A DNA stretch of 64,000 bases from the human T2T-CHM13v2.0 reference genome, Homo sapiens (GCF_009914755.1 NC_060929.1), one strand, 5' to 3'; positions 1 through 15,015 are shown, counted from the first letter of the stretch. Translations and numbers: made by a program. The notes: generated by a model not told the origin, from the sequence alone.

Positions 1-19
1 CATTTCATACATGCAATTA

Positions 20-730
20 AATTCTTCACACTGCTTCCAATATTACCTTTCTACATTCTCCACAAAGAAACAGTGGTAAAGTCACTTAAAAATGAAAATT
101 AAATCATTTGCTCCCTTGCCTAAAACTACTCATCTACCTTCAAATAAAATGTCAGCTCCTAATCTTGATCTGACTTTCTATGGTCTGGCCCGTATTTCCT
201 TCCTTGTGCTGATTATGTGATACTTCCCTTGTCATTCAAGTTTTAACTCAAACTTCACAAGCCCTTCTTGGTCACATTATGCAGAGGTGTTTCTCAGTCA
301 CTGTCACAAAATGCTTTTATAATTCAATTACGGAAATTATCACAAGCTGTCAATCAGCCACATTTCTTTTGATAGAAGAGTACATCAATACCATCATACT
401 GTGTTCTCCTTAAGGAAAAAGTGTGTTGCTTATGTGGCAGTAAATTTCATTAAAAAAATTCAGTAGATTGGAAGATTCTACTTAGCAAAGACACTGATTT
501 GTAACCTTGATGTCTCATCTCCTCAAGCTGATTTTAAAAGATTTTACAGTAAGAACCAAATGCATATATTAGAAAATATATAACATACATTTTTCCTCTC
601 TCAACTAGAATTAAATTGCCTGGAACTAAAAATCTGGCATATTTTGTTCAAAGTCATAAGTCAGTGCCTAAAGTAATGCCTGACATGTAAGTAGGAATTC
701 AGTAAAGGCTGTTGACTGAATATTGAATGC
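20..730 (+). mobile_element. L2 LINE 3' fragments (ancient, degraded)
   Basis: L2-like 3' terminus at ~660-730 (cagtgcctaaagtaatgcctgacatgtaagtaggaattcagtaaaggctgttgactgaa) and L2-like segment at ~60-200; boundaries approximate. Confidence 0.55.
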
Positions 731-1361
731 TACTTCAGTCTTTTGTCTTTTCAATTGTCATACTCCCTTTCATCTCCACTTCCATAGAAAAGATTCTTTC
801 TTTTTTATCTAGAATTTTTCAGTAGCTCTGTCTTTATTGTAAGCCCTTCAAAGTCAATCTTGGCATTATTGCCAAATTCTTATTCTAAAAAACCATGTTT
901 TTAAGTCACTACCGCCTTTACCATAGATCAATAATCCTTCAGTGGATACAGGAAAAGTTAAGCTTGCCTACATAGCACAAAATAACTGTGAATATACTCT
1001 CCCCAAATTCTTTTTCTTCCTTGTCTACTTGCCAAATTTGTTATCTTTACTGACATTTGAGATTCAGCTTCATATGGTAATTATGCTGTCAAAACTTTTC
1101 TAACTTCTGGTATAGATTTTGGTTCAATCTTTCTTTAGTGGCATGAAGCATTATGGATATCTCCATCACATAGTGTACATATTGTGTTTATATTGTGCTT
1201 ATTTCATATATAGTTTTATCTCATTCCCCAGATTATATTCTGGATATTTTCTATAGTTTTATTTGACTTGCTAAAATATTGTCTTAAGATTAGGGGCCAT
1301 ATCTTCTGCTTTTTTGGTAGATAACTGTCTTTTAGTTTCTATGTTTAGATTACATTTTAAC

Positions 1362-1525
1362 ATTAGATGAACATGGCCTGAATTCGTCTTCCTAGTTCCA
1401 ACCTAGCGACATACTCTATGGTCTGTAACCATCTTATTTTCTTCATGGGAAAGATGGAGGTGCTATCTTATGATAATGTTGAGAGAATTACATGAGTCAA
1501 AAGACATGAAGTATAGTACTTAAAA
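1362..1525 (+). mobile_element. MIR SINE fragment
   Basis: MIR core-like text (ttttcttcatgggaaagatggag...gttgagagaattacatgag). Confidence 0.5.
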
Positions 1526-2575
1526 TTAGATTTTGTTCCTGTCTTTACTAATGATGAGTAACATGCATAATTCATCAAGCAAGACGTCATTTTATTAACA
1601 CAAAATTTGATTGCGATATAGTTGTATAAAAGTCCTGATTATACTTGGGTTTTCATACTGGATACTGACCAAGAGAGTCAAACCTTTCCTTGGCTGCAGC
1701 TTTTCTGGTTTTTGTCTCTCTGGCTTCTTTGGATCTACTGAAGCAATGACTTATCACAGCAGATCAAAATACTTAAAATTAGAAAAAGATAACAAGGCAG
1801 ATCATAAAATATTTTTCTTAAATGATTTGCTGAATATGGTTTATGCCAAAAGAGGACCATTTTATCAACATTAAGAAGCTGTATAATCATAAATTATTTG
1901 AAAAATGAAATCAAGTATATTTTATAAATATTTTTAAGGTGAAGTCTATGCTGACCATTTCAATTTTTCAAATCAACTAACGCACTGCTTATTTTGGCAA
2001 ATTTATGACTTTTATGATTTAAGTAATGGAATATGTACATTATCTGAAATATCATAGACTATGGAAGATTTGTTCAACTGGCATTTAATCCACTTATTAA
2101 CTCAAATTATGAATTTTCTTGGGTACTGTGTGCAATCAGGACTGGAAGCTTTACTTATCTTTTAAAATGCACTTATTCTGAACTTGATAAAAAGTAAAAT
2201 AAACTTGGAAATAAAAATGGCAAACACCTTTATTTCAGAGTCCTATATGTATTCTTCCTCTCAAATAAAAGAAAATTTATTCTCTAAACTAGTTACCCAG
2301 ATTTCATTGTCATGCCCGTCCTACAGACTAAACCGAAATCACACTCTGTACACCTTTAATTTCATCTTTTTTTATATAATATTTCCACTGAAATAAAATG
2401 GTTGTAAACATAATTTTTCACTGAATACACACAGTATGCTCAAAAGCCTATTTACAAAGCCTAAGGCTGGATCAGCCCTTACTAACCTGCAGACATTGCA
2501 GACATACTTAGAGATGCTGAGAGCTTTCTGGCCTGTATTACCAAGAAATATATTAATCAGAGTTTATTCTTTCTA

Positions 2576-2640
2576 AAATAACAAAACAAAAAAACCCCAT
2601 AAAACAAAACAAACAAACAAACAAAAAAACAAAAAAGCAA
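2576..2640. repeat. (CAAA/CAAAA)n low-complexity tract
   Basis: Direct reading of the sequence. Confidence 0.85.
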
Positions 2641-4259
2641 GACTCCCTGTTATGTCTGGACAGTCCACCAGCAAGACTTGTCTCCTCAGGACATAAAATC
2701 CCAGTGCACATAAATTAACAACAGTGCCCAGAACTAGAATGAAGATATGGTTTAATTTCTGAAAGATGCCAGTATTTGAGTGAATAGGCTCCTATAAAGT
2801 GCTAAAAGCATATGATTAGCATCACATACTAACAAAAAGAAAGATGAAATAGTAAGCATGGTGTAGCTCAGGCCTTTGAGACCATTCAAATCTACAATAC
2901 GCCTGTACTGGGGATCAGCTGCACCATCTGGATCTGTAAAATGCATAGGCCAGTTACAGAGTATTTCAAAATAAGATCTTCTAATTTTAGAATCTTGTTC
3001 TAAAATAGCAATTTGTGAAGATATCCAGCTGGAGACATCCAATGACTTTCAACTTAAATGAGCAGTTTGGCTATGACATCAAAAAGCAAGTTAACTCAAA
3101 TTGTTTCCCAAATCTTTGTTGTATCAAATGGCCTTGATATTGTTAAGAATTATATATAGTTTAGATGGACAATGTCATATCACTTTTAAAGATGGATTCT
3201 CTTCTGCACATGCCTGTTTTCCATTTGCACAAACACACTCAGATGGTTCTCTAGAATCATGGCAAACATAAAAAATGCTTTGGCAGCAATCTCCCATCAG
3301 TAATGAGTTTCTCTTTATGCCTTTTATTGAAAAAGGGTCTTCTTGCTGCTTTGAATGAGCCGAGAAATTAGCTCATGACCTTTTCTAATAGCTGTGCTAG
3401 CTAAAAACTAATAGGACATATGGAAATGAAAGCCTCATTACTTCCTTAAAGCTCCTTGGTGTGCATCTTTATAATTTACTCACTGAGAAAGACTGAAATT
3501 GAAATTCTTAAAAGATTATTCTTTTAATTAATCCCAAGATATGCCAAGTCTGGTTTCTAGAGCCATTATCATTTTAGACAATTGTACTTAATTCCATAGT
3601 AAGTCAATGACTGTTATTCACACTTGATGAAGGCTTTGGAGAAATAATACAAATGATATAATAATATATGTAATATATCACATATAACTATAATAATAGT
3701 ATATAAATATTTTAAACACACACACAAAACTATATCTAGTTTGCTTATAGGGAAATTTTTAACCTAAAATTTTTTTCATTTGCAGAGAACACTTTCAAGT
3801 AATATGGATGTGAAGGCAAATGGTGCTGACTGCTGTCATTACATAAGTTGATAATTTTCACATTGGTTAATAACACATAATGATAGTGATCATCAGGGCC
3901 ACAGATGGATACTTATCCACATCAGGAAACACAACTGAGTTTAATTTAACTATATAGGGAGTGAATACCAGGGAAACCCATTTCCCCAGGAGAATTGGGA
4001 GGTGGGTAAGTAACTTTTGTATGTGATTACTGAAAAGCATTTATTATCTGGCATGTTTGTGGTAATTGATTTTTTTTGTATTTAGTCGCTCTACAGACAC
4101 AGAGAAATGTACTTTACATTTTTACTTTGAAACGAATACAGAATATTCATCTCAAAGTGAGCCGTACAATGTTGTGGAAACAACAAGACAAACTAAAAGA
4201 TTGTGAATAAAAATAATCTTTAATCACCATATTTCTGTTGAAGTTTACTTGGTTTCTGA

Positions 4260-4662
<403 letters not shown>

Positions 4663-6466
4663 GTCTGAGACACTTTTTTAAAGAAGCTTTCAACATTGAA
4701 GACATTCATCATAAAGGACACCTAAGTTTACTTTCACAACATAAGCTTGTGCAGCTGAGTATTAGCAATATTGTACATTAATGCTCAATTTGGTAGAAAG
4801 CAGCAGTGGTGACATGATATTGGAGGTGATTATTCTTTATTCAATCCTCATATTACCTTTCCTACCTCATTGCAACTCTGCTACCACATGAAACCTGTTG
4901 TCTGTCTAAACCAGAGACTTGAGACGTTCTGAGCATGTTACTTTCCATGATTTGGTTTGTGCTGTTTCTTCTACAGGTGGCTTGCTTCTAGTTCTAATTG
5001 CTAATTTCAATCCCAACAATTCTTCAAATGTTTCACAAACCTAGCTCTTGGTTCTTTGTCCCTAGACTAAATTTTATGAAAGGAAGCTGAGAGACAAAAA
5101 AAAAATGTAGAAGTCTAGCTTTCAAATAATTATTCATATCTTCATTCCTCCTTCACTCAGAAAAAAAAAAAGCCGCAGCAAGTATTAAAAAAAATAAAAT
5201 CATCAGGTTACCAGGATGTAAGCTAGTCTGTTCATAAGGAAAAAAGAAAACCTATATCAGTCTCTTCACATGCTCATATGTCTGCAAATGTTACCATATA
5301 TCTTCAGAAAGCATATTTTAGAAGTCAGGAACAGATTTTTTTTTATGAACAAGTTAACACCTTTCAGAAAAAAGGCTCAAGGCTTCATAAATTTGGGAGC
5401 TTATAATAAGACAAGGTTGTCCTGTTTCTTGTTGTTGTTAGTGTTTACTTTATCTCAAAAAACAACTATTGTTTTTTATTTGCTTGTTTTTACTGTGGTA
5501 TTTGATATACTTAGCCATATTGGAGGCAGAGAAGTCACTTTAGCTTGCTCAATGTCTAGAGCTTTTCTTATTTTATTAACCTTTTGAAATTAATCATGAT
5601 GACTGATATTTTCATTGATTTTTTGAATATTGTTTTACCCTGATTAAAGTTCTTGAAATGGCAATATGGTACTTTTTTAAAGAGTTACCCAAAGAGTTCA
5701 TGACCAAATTTTGCACTCTGGCATGGCTGATGTGTGCTAATGGGATGACAGATTGATGAGAGGTATTAATCAGTAGCTGGGCATAAACTGGTGGAGACGA
5801 TAATGGAATGCACTAGTGCAACTGAGGTAGAAAAAAAGAATCACATAGTACGAATATATACTCTAAGGAAGCAATTATCCTTTGAGGTTCTGATCAAAGC
5901 TTCCAGAAATAGCTTTCTATGTTTTGCTTTGTACCACACATCTCTACCATCCTGGCCATAACTGGTGTGATTGAGCACTACTCCCTTCTCCAAAGACAGG
6001 CTGACCCGTGGCTTCTTACAGTAAACTTTTTTAGTGGAAGTTTTCACTACCGATTGGTAACTATGAAGCAAATAAGTCATTTATCTTTTGCACCTTTTTT
6101 GATTAAAAACCGCAGTGAGACCAAGGCAGAAGAGTGTCCTAGCAAAGAGATACAAAAAATCATGAAGCTTTGGAAATCATGAATGAGTAAAAATATGAAG
6201 CTGAGCGAAAGTAAGACAAGTTATTTAGAAGTGGCCGGAAGAGTATAAACCATAGAGACTCTTGAGTCATTGTGTCTCCATGAAAGCGGAGCGTTAGTGC
6301 AAAGACCTGCTGAGGCACATTCTGTACTGATACATGGCCTTTCATACCTGGGAAGTGTGGGAGTGAAGCCATTGCCATGATACTTTTACTTCCATAAATA
6401 TTCTTATCCATTAACTTCATGTGCTCTGATCCTCTCTTCTCTGTCACCTTAAGGAATTAATGAAAA

Positions 6467-6810
<344 letters not shown>

Positions 6811-6899
6811 TTAATCTAACAATGTTAAACTTCTGCACTGGATCTGTGATAAAGTACCATTCTATCAGTCTGTATACTTATTTAATGAACAGCTGTTTA

Positions 6900-7400
6900 C
6901 TCACTCATTCAATTATAACCACTGAATCACTCAATAATGAAAAGGCTACTGAATGGCATAAGCAGATATAGGTTAAAGGTTTCAGTTTTTGTACTTGAGG
7001 TATAGAACACAGACAAGGAAATAGATATATAACCGTGGGAAACTGTAGTATGTTGAAAGTTGACATAGACTGTTATGAGAATACATGCAATGGGACACAA
7101 GCCCTTCTGAGGAGTGATGGAAGCATTTCTGAACCAGAGGACACTGAACTTACCTTTAAATGACATACAGTGGTCACTCAGTTGAAAAAGGAAAGTAAAT
7201 GATTTCAAGGAGAGAGACTGCTGTAGAACATAACAGAGATGACAGCATGGCATGATTAAGAAATGGCAAGGAATTTTACTGCTGCGAAGAAAAAGATGCA
7301 AGAAAGTTTGAATGGCAAGAAATAAGGCTTGATAGGCAGTGAAGAGCCATGGATGACAATCATTTATGTCATCCTCATGAGAAACCAGAAATAAGCACAA
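6900..7400 (-). mobile_element. L2 fragment
   Basis: tcactcattcaa (reverse of L2 3' end) followed by purine-rich L2-like text. Confidence 0.45.
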
Positions 7401-8029
7401 GAAAGATTGGTTCTTATATAGGAACACTTCTTTACATTGTGCATTAAGAAAAAGACATTACTAACTTAACTAGCAACAAGTTAAAGCCAAAGTTTTGCAG
7501 ATATTGTGAAATATTACACCATCTTGTGAAAAATATTAGACATTTGACTTAATCTAATGGAAATGTTTATAAGTTGTTACTTAAAAAATATGTTTTAAAG
7601 AATGCAAAATTTATAAATACTTAAGATTAGAGCATTTTTCAACCATTCAAAGCATCTAGATCTGCAATGTTTCACAGTGGTCCATCTTTCCAGAGAAGGC
7701 CTATATTTGGCTTCAGGGAACCCATCCATCAATGTGTTCACAGTTTGTAGGCAAAGATGTGCATTATGGGGGCTCATTATAATATCATTGGTGTTCATTG
7801 CCCTCAGCAAGACTAAGAACCAGACTGGGTTCAATATTCCATCTTCTCCTCATCTTTCACAGCCCTTCAAATGTTCTAGAATCCACTTACACAAGAGGCA
7901 GCCCATTTGATTCTTCAGCGACACTGATTACTAGGAAATCTTAGATTTGTCCTTTTGCATTTAATTTGTGTGAAAACATTGACCTCATCCATGACTCAGT
8001 AGGGGTTCTCAAATCTTAAGAACCCCTGT

Positions 8030-8370
<341 letters not shown>

Positions 8371-9102
8371 TTACTGTTTTGATATCTTTGTATCTCAAGT
8401 GTGCAGAATTAGGTTATCTTCCCCTCAATCCTTGGCACATTATTATCATCAATTGGTGCAAAGGTCCTCCACTCTTTATTGTTTATTTTGATATGTTTCT
8501 CCTTTAGCCCTATGCCCATTTCTCCCACTTCCATATTCATTCTCATTCTTAGCTTTTGATTGCCATTATAATTTTATCATGTATCATATTACTTCACTGT
8601 CTCCTTTAAGTTAATACATGATATTTCATATAATACTATGATATACTCATATAATATATGATGATAGGTATTCGTAATAATAATGGAGGGCTCCCATTAT
8701 GTACAAATCCCAGATTACTTAACTTTTATCCTAAAGATAAATATTAAAGTTGTCACTACTTCTTGCTACAGTGAGGTTACCTGTAGATATGGGTGATAGG
8801 TTTTCTCCTGGATGTGGTATTGTTGAGACAAAAAGTATATGCATAGGGGGTGTGGACTAATTACTGATGCTTTTCTCTCCAGAATGGGTGCACCGTTCAT
8901 TCTCCTGCCTGTTGTCAACTTTTAAGCTGTGGTTGAGTGTATACTTTATTAAAGTACAATCATGAATTCTACCAAAAGGTATAAGGCATGACATTTAACC
9001 TGAAGACCTTACAAATTATTCTTTGCACAGAGACCTGAGGGAATGACTATATAATATATAGAAGACAAGATAGAAACATAGAAGCGGGTGGGCACATTAT
9101 AA

Positions 9103-9296
9103 CAGGAGGGGCAAATCTGACCCATTCTATTTTTGTAAATAAAACTTTATTTTAACATAGTCACACCCATTCATTTGTTACTTGTGGCTGCTTTTGTAGT
9201 ACAATGGTGAGAGTTGAGTAAGTTGGGGCAGAGAATGTTTGACCCACAAAGTTGAAAATATTTACCTTTTTTTTTTTAATAAGTTTGCTGACCCTG
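9103..9296 (+). mobile_element. MER58-like hAT-Charlie DNA transposon
   Basis: tttttgtaaataaaactttattttaacatagtcacacccattcatt ... aagtttgctgaccctg terminus. Confidence 0.7.
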
Positions 9297-9764
9297 CATA
9301 TGTGAATACAAAATATCCTCTATTAATCATATGCTAGAGTCCTCCACCCAGAAACTACTCCGAGAAAAATTATTTGCCAATGATTTTATTTCAAAACAGC
9401 AATGGTAAATATTTATGTATCACCCTATAATTTACAATGTTATTTTTATATTCTAGTTTCCTTAGGTAAATCATTCATGCCATTTTTATGCCAATTTATT
9501 TTTGTATGTATTATGAGCCAGGCATATTGCTTGACACTACAGAGTCTTTAGTCCACTGCTAGTAACCAGAGATAAAAAACACATTCTATTAATCTCAATT
9601 CTTCTACATCTAAGTCAATCTCCTCTTGTTCTCTCCTCAGTACAAATGGAAAACTTCTGAGTCCTGAAGAGATCACAGGAGTGCTGTTAAGCACTCCTCA
9701 TTTTCTTAAGCATCAAAGCTTTACGATACCTAGAATTAGATATTAGACTGATATTCTCTCACTT

Positions 9765-10040
9765 ACAGTATGAAATTCAAAAAGCACTGAAAGAAATACT
9801 TTTGCTTACTCAGTGAAGAGCAAAAAACCTAAGCTGATCTGAAATGATGTAAGGCTATTCATAGACTTTGTTTATCCCATCTGTTGTAAAGGTCCATATA
9901 TTCCACTTCATATATATATTTGATTGTAGGGTACTACCCATGACACATTAGTTAAGGCAAATACACATTATATCTCTTTTTAAAGTCTGAAATATTCTGA
10001 ATTCTAAAACAAAATCCAGTTCCAAACTTTTTGAACATTG
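9765..10040. mobile_element. Possible TcMar-Tigger-like DNA transposon remnant
   Basis: aaattcaaaaagcactgaaa ... tctgaaatattctgaattctaaaac resembles Tigger-derived elements; family uncertain. Confidence 0.3.
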
Positions 10041-10708
10041 AGATGTGACTTGTTGATGCAGGAAAGGGAGCCAAAGTAGAAATTACTTTACACTTTTGAG
10101 CTGTGTAGGGCAGGAGGCAGCACGGTGCCCTCCCTTCCTCCACGCTGACCACTCTCCCCCACTTTACCCAACACACACCCCTACAAACACACATCCATAC
10201 ACACCAAAGGGAAATCTTGACAAATAAATGGTAAATGTAAGATTTAGAGTGAGAACTGATCACCGGTTTGAGGATGATGAGATCAACCTTTGAAATCCAC
10301 TAGAACTTTCCTAATGTTTCTTAATAAGAGTGGAAAAAAATTGCTTACTATATGCTAGGTACTATGCCGTATCCCAAGCAGTTGCAGATGTGTGTCTCCA
10401 GCTGGAATTCCTTCACAGTGTTTAAGACTAGGACTAGTTATCCAAACATATACTGGACTATATACTATATAAAAGAAAGATCACCTGATTGAGAGTCAGG
10501 AAAGCTTAATTAACCTGTGATTTGCCACTGACTAGCTATGTGATTTAGCAGTCCCTATACGCTCCTTATATGTCTTGATTTTAGTTGTCAAATTCATCTA
10601 TTCACTCATCCCCCAAAAATGTATTGAGTACAATAGTCTACCATATAATGATGGATTTGTGTTGTATGAACTCCAAAGCTTTTTCTAGCTCCAACATTCT
10701 CATGTTGA

Positions 10709-11050
<342 letters not shown>

Positions 11051-11089
11051 CTAGAATCTTTAATGAATAGTTTACTATATTTGTTTCAT

Positions 11090-11230
11090 CATGTATTATA
11101 TGTGTATGTATACATATGTATACACATACATACATATGTATACACACATACATGCACATACAAACCTATACCTATATATAGACACACCCTTGTAACTACA
11201 CACACACACACACACACACACACACGTATG
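11090..11230. repeat. (TA/CA)n compound microsatellite
   Basis: Alternating TA/CA with a pure (CA)n run at ~11198-11225. Confidence 0.9.
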
Positions 11231-11532
11231 TACCTATCTATTCTTCTATTTATACACCTTTCCATCTTACTATTTTTATGTCATCCTATTAATTTTGTAA
11301 GGTATGGATTGTAATTAAAATAAGAATGTTCTAACTTGCTTCACTGCCTCCTTTAAGTTAAATAATCAGCTCCTTATATATACAAATATATAAGCTATTT
11401 AAGAAAAGCATCACAGGAGTGACAGATTATAGCTCCTTCTAAGAAAATCAAGAACTGGGGAGATTGGGAAATAGTAGAGGGCAAGAGGACAGTTCACCTG
11501 AAACAGCATTAGTCAGCAAGGGGAAAAAAATT

Positions 11533-11685
11533 GTATATACATATATACACAGAGGCAGAAATTGTATATACAAATATATTATATATATAAAAACATATAT
11601 ACATGTATATATGTATATGTATAATTATATGCATATATTTATATAATTATGTTTCTATATTTATGTATATATGTGCATATATATT
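11533..11685. repeat. (TA)-rich low-complexity tract
   Basis: Direct reading. Confidence 0.85.
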
Positions 11686-12309
11686 TAAAATTCAAGAGAG
11701 CTTAAATAACGTGACATCAAGATACTTTTACCTTGTTTTGCCATGACCTTTATATTTAAAATGAGTTGACATATAGTGCTTCAAAAAGCAGTCTCTGGGA
11801 CATAAGACCTAATTTTACACTCACGATTCATACACGGTCTCCTTGTCCACTACCCACTCACAATTTGTCTTACATCCATATTTAGCTCTTCAGGGGTTTC
11901 TCTAAATAGCTTTCTAAGATCATATCAACTAATCAATACCCATTTGAGGTAGGCTCATTACCATTTCTACACTTGAGGAAACAAGTGTAAAAAGGTCAAG
12001 TACAGACATAGCCAAGGTCACCTCACTTGAAACTAAAAGAGAACCTTTTATATTTGTTCCATTGGTATGCTTCTATAATCTCTGTTTTAAATATACATGT
12101 GCCTTACTGAGAAAGAGTTAAAATTCAGAGTTTAACCAAACATTCTTAGCATATGATCTATGATAGCTGAGGCCTCAGACAATTTAAGAAGTTGGGAAAA
12201 GAGACTCTGAAACATGTTCTTAGGAACCTAAGATAGAACCTTCAAAAGTTTCAGATATGTGAACTGAATAACCGGAATATATTCAACATTTTTCTGCCAT
12301 CCTTTGAAA

Positions 12310-12893
12310 ACTCTTCTTTCTACTTTTGAAGTACTCCCAACTACATAGTAGTTGGCAGAGCTCATCTCTTTTTATATTGCCTGAAATAGCAATATTCATT
12401 TTCCAGCTGCAAGGGCAGCTCAGGTGTGGCACATAAGCTGGGTATAGCCAATCAAGTGCATCCATTTCGGATGTTGAAATCCAGATATTGAACAAATAAT
12501 TATGTAAACAAATGGTTATGGAGACTAATTTCTAGTGATGGTGGTAGTGGTATTTGCAAGCAGTTGCTAGGGTGTAATAGTTAAGACTGTACTTAAGTAT
12601 CGTCTTCTGTACTTAAGACAGTGTCTAGAGATGGTGGAATTGGTTGAATAAACCATATCGTTCTGTGGCAAGGACAGCAATGTCATCACACAAGTTCTCA
12701 GGCATGTTTTTGGCCAAGGAACAGATATTTAACTAACCCTCTTTTGTTCCTTACCATTTTCTGAGCCTGTTTTTTCTTCTTTTCTCTTGATCTTATAAGC
12801 TACTTAATATCTCTCTTATAAATCCATATTTATAATCTACTTAAATCAACTTGAGTAAGTTTTTGTTCAATATATTAAGAATTCTGATTGACA
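12310..12893 (+). mobile_element. Ancient ERVL-type solo LTR (LTR33/LTR16-like)
   Basis: gcagctcaggtgtggcacata...ccaatcaagtgcatcc and 3' end ttaaatcaacttgagtaagtttttgtt...aagaattctgattgaca. Confidence 0.5.
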
Positions 12894-12943
12894 AAATAAT
12901 TGAAATAAGTAGTAGTTTCAGATGCAAATCTTCAGAAATATGG

Positions 12944-13291
12944 TATATTAGTATTCTGTGGCTGCCATGAGAAATTGACAAAAATTTAGCAACTTAAAAT
13001 AACATTCATGTATTATCTCATAATTCTGTAGGTCAGAACCACTGGTACAGTGTGGCTCAGCTGGGCCTCTCCTTAGAGTTTCACAATGCTGAAATAAAAG
13101 GGTTGGCAGCACAGCCTTCATTTCTGGAGGCTCTGGACAAGAATCTGCTTCCAAGCTCATTCAGGTTATTGACTCGAGTTCAGTTTCTTGAGGTTGTGGG
13201 ACTGAGATTCCCATTTGCTTACTGGCTGTCTACCTGAGACTGGTCTTTGCTCTTAGTAGCATCTGCATTCCTTCTCTTGCTTTCCATGTGG
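12944..13291 (-). mobile_element. MLT1 (MLT1D/E-like) MaLR LTR, truncated
   Basis: tattagtattctgtggctgcc...ttctggaggctctggacaagaatctgcttccaagctcattcagg; similarity stops abruptly near 13291. Confidence 0.75.
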
Positions 13292-13650
13292 TTAATCTGC
13301 ATTAACCATCTGCATAATCTGCTCTTTAAAATAAAAACAGCACCCATTTACATTTGCCAGAAGCCCTGCTGGGCTGAGATCAGAGACCCCCCGTTGTTTG
13401 GTGTTCAGAGATAAACCGGACCTGCTGGTTATTCCGTAAGCATGCAGGTCTCCTGAGCTACTCCCTATGGTTCCTTCCCCCTCTCTCTTACTACTGCCTT
13501 TGTGTGTTGAATATACTTACATGGTTGTTGGTGTGTGAAAGTCTCACAATAAACCATGAATTTGTAAGCATTTAATTGGTCACTGAGTCATCATGAAAAT
13601 TCCTGGCCCAGGTGGGAGTTAGCACAACTAGGCCTATTCAAACCTGACAC
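13292..13650 (+). mobile_element. 3' part of an old LTR (possibly MER70-like)
   Basis: TATA-like aataaaaa, poly(A) signal aataaaccatgaatttgtaag, ends ...cctgacaca; family uncertain. Confidence 0.3.
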
Positions 13651-13717
13651 AAAAGGCCTGGAGGGGAGAAATTAAAGTACAATTGTAGGCCTCTCCTCCT
13701 ATATGTGAAGTAGTATC

Positions 13718-13862
13718 ATAGGAGGACGAGCCGCAGACAAAACCTCTCAGACACCGAGTTGTAGAAGGAAGGGCTTTATTCAGCTGGGAGCATTGGCAAG
13801 CTACTGCCTTAAAATCCAAGCTCCCCGAGTGCACAATTTTTGTCCCTTTTAAGGGCTCACAA
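13718..13862 (-). mobile_element. LTR2-family (HERV-E/Harlequin) LTR 3' fragment, inverted
   Basis: Reverse complement aligns to 14214-14359 (TATA-R-U5 of the adjacent LTR). Confidence 0.85.
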
Positions 13863-14359
13863 TTAGGGAAGAGAGAGATCCTCTCATATTGTTTTATATT
13901 GTTTTATACTCAGTACCTGTTTTAAAAAAAACACACAAAAAAACAAAAAACAAGGAAGTAAAATCAAAGTCAGGCAGCCCCGTGCCAGGCCTGAAACCAA
14001 GCCTGGGACTGCCTGGCCTAAACCCAGTAATTAAAAATCAACTCATAACTTAGAAACCGATGTTATTCATACATTTCAGACATTATATAGAAGAACATTG
14101 TGAAACTCCCTGCTCTGTTCTGTTCCACTCTGACCACCGGTGCATGCAGCCCCTGTCATGTACCCCCTGCTTGCTCAAATCAAACACGACCCTTTCATGT
14201 GAAATCCTTAGAGTTGTGAACCCTTAAAAGGGACAGGAATTGCTCACTCGAGGAGCTTGGATTTTAAGACAGTAGTTTGCCAATGCTCCCAGCTGAATAA
14301 AGCCCTTCCTTCTACAGCTCGGTGTCTGAAAAGTTTTGTCTGCAGCTCATCCTGCTTCA
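13863..14359 (+). mobile_element. 5' LTR of Harlequin/HERV-E (LTR2B-like)
   Basis: agggaagagagagatcctctcatattgttttatattg start, ccttaaaagg TATA, aataaa signal, ends ...cctgcttca. Confidence 0.88.
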
Positions 14360-14364
14360 TTTCT

Positions 14365-14382
14365 TTGCTGCCTGACCGGGAA
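14365..14382 (+). promoter_or_regulatory. Primer-binding site, tRNA-Glu (degenerate)
   Basis: ttgctgcctgaccgggaa vs TGGTTCCCTGACCGGGAA (15/18) just after the LTR. Confidence 0.8.
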
Positions 14383-15015
14383 GCAAGGTGACTGACGGAG
14401 AGCTGAGGCAGCCCCTTAGGCGTCTTAAGCCTGCCCTGTGGAGTGTCCTTGTGGGGTACTCCGGCCAGCCTGAGTGACGTGATCCAAAGAGAGCTCCCAG
14501 GTAGGCAACTGCCCCGGAGGAACGCCTCGCCAGAGCAGCGTGTAGCAGGCCCCTGTGGAGGATTAACATAGTGGCTGAACGCCAGTTAGGAACTGGCACT
14601 TACAGTCCAGATATCTGAAACTTGGGAAGACTAGTCTTTGGAACTTACCCCACTCCATCTGAGTGGAAGCGTGGCCTGATCACCCATGGCGTGCCTGCAT
14701 TGGCACTTTTGTTCTGGTTTTGACTTGGCTTGACTTGGTAAGACTAGTCTTTGGAACTTGCCCCGCTCCATCTGAGTGGAAGCATGGCCTGATCACCCAG
14801 GCATGCCTGTATTCGCACTTTTGTTCTGGTTTTGACTTGACTTGAATTGCTGGATGTTTTGGTTTTGACTTGGCTTGAATTTTTTGGTACTCAGATTTTG
14901 AATTTCATGATTTTAATTTGGTATAAATGGTAAAAGTGTGTGTATGCCCTTTTTACCTGTTTTTTGTTTTGTGGTGTACGTGTGGTGTGAGCGTGGTATT
15001 TTGTCTCGAAGCAGC

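Noticed and set aside
14628-14850. ~113-bp tandem duplication in the ERV leader
   Set aside because: Probably a family feature of HERV-E/Harlequin leaders rather than locus-specific.
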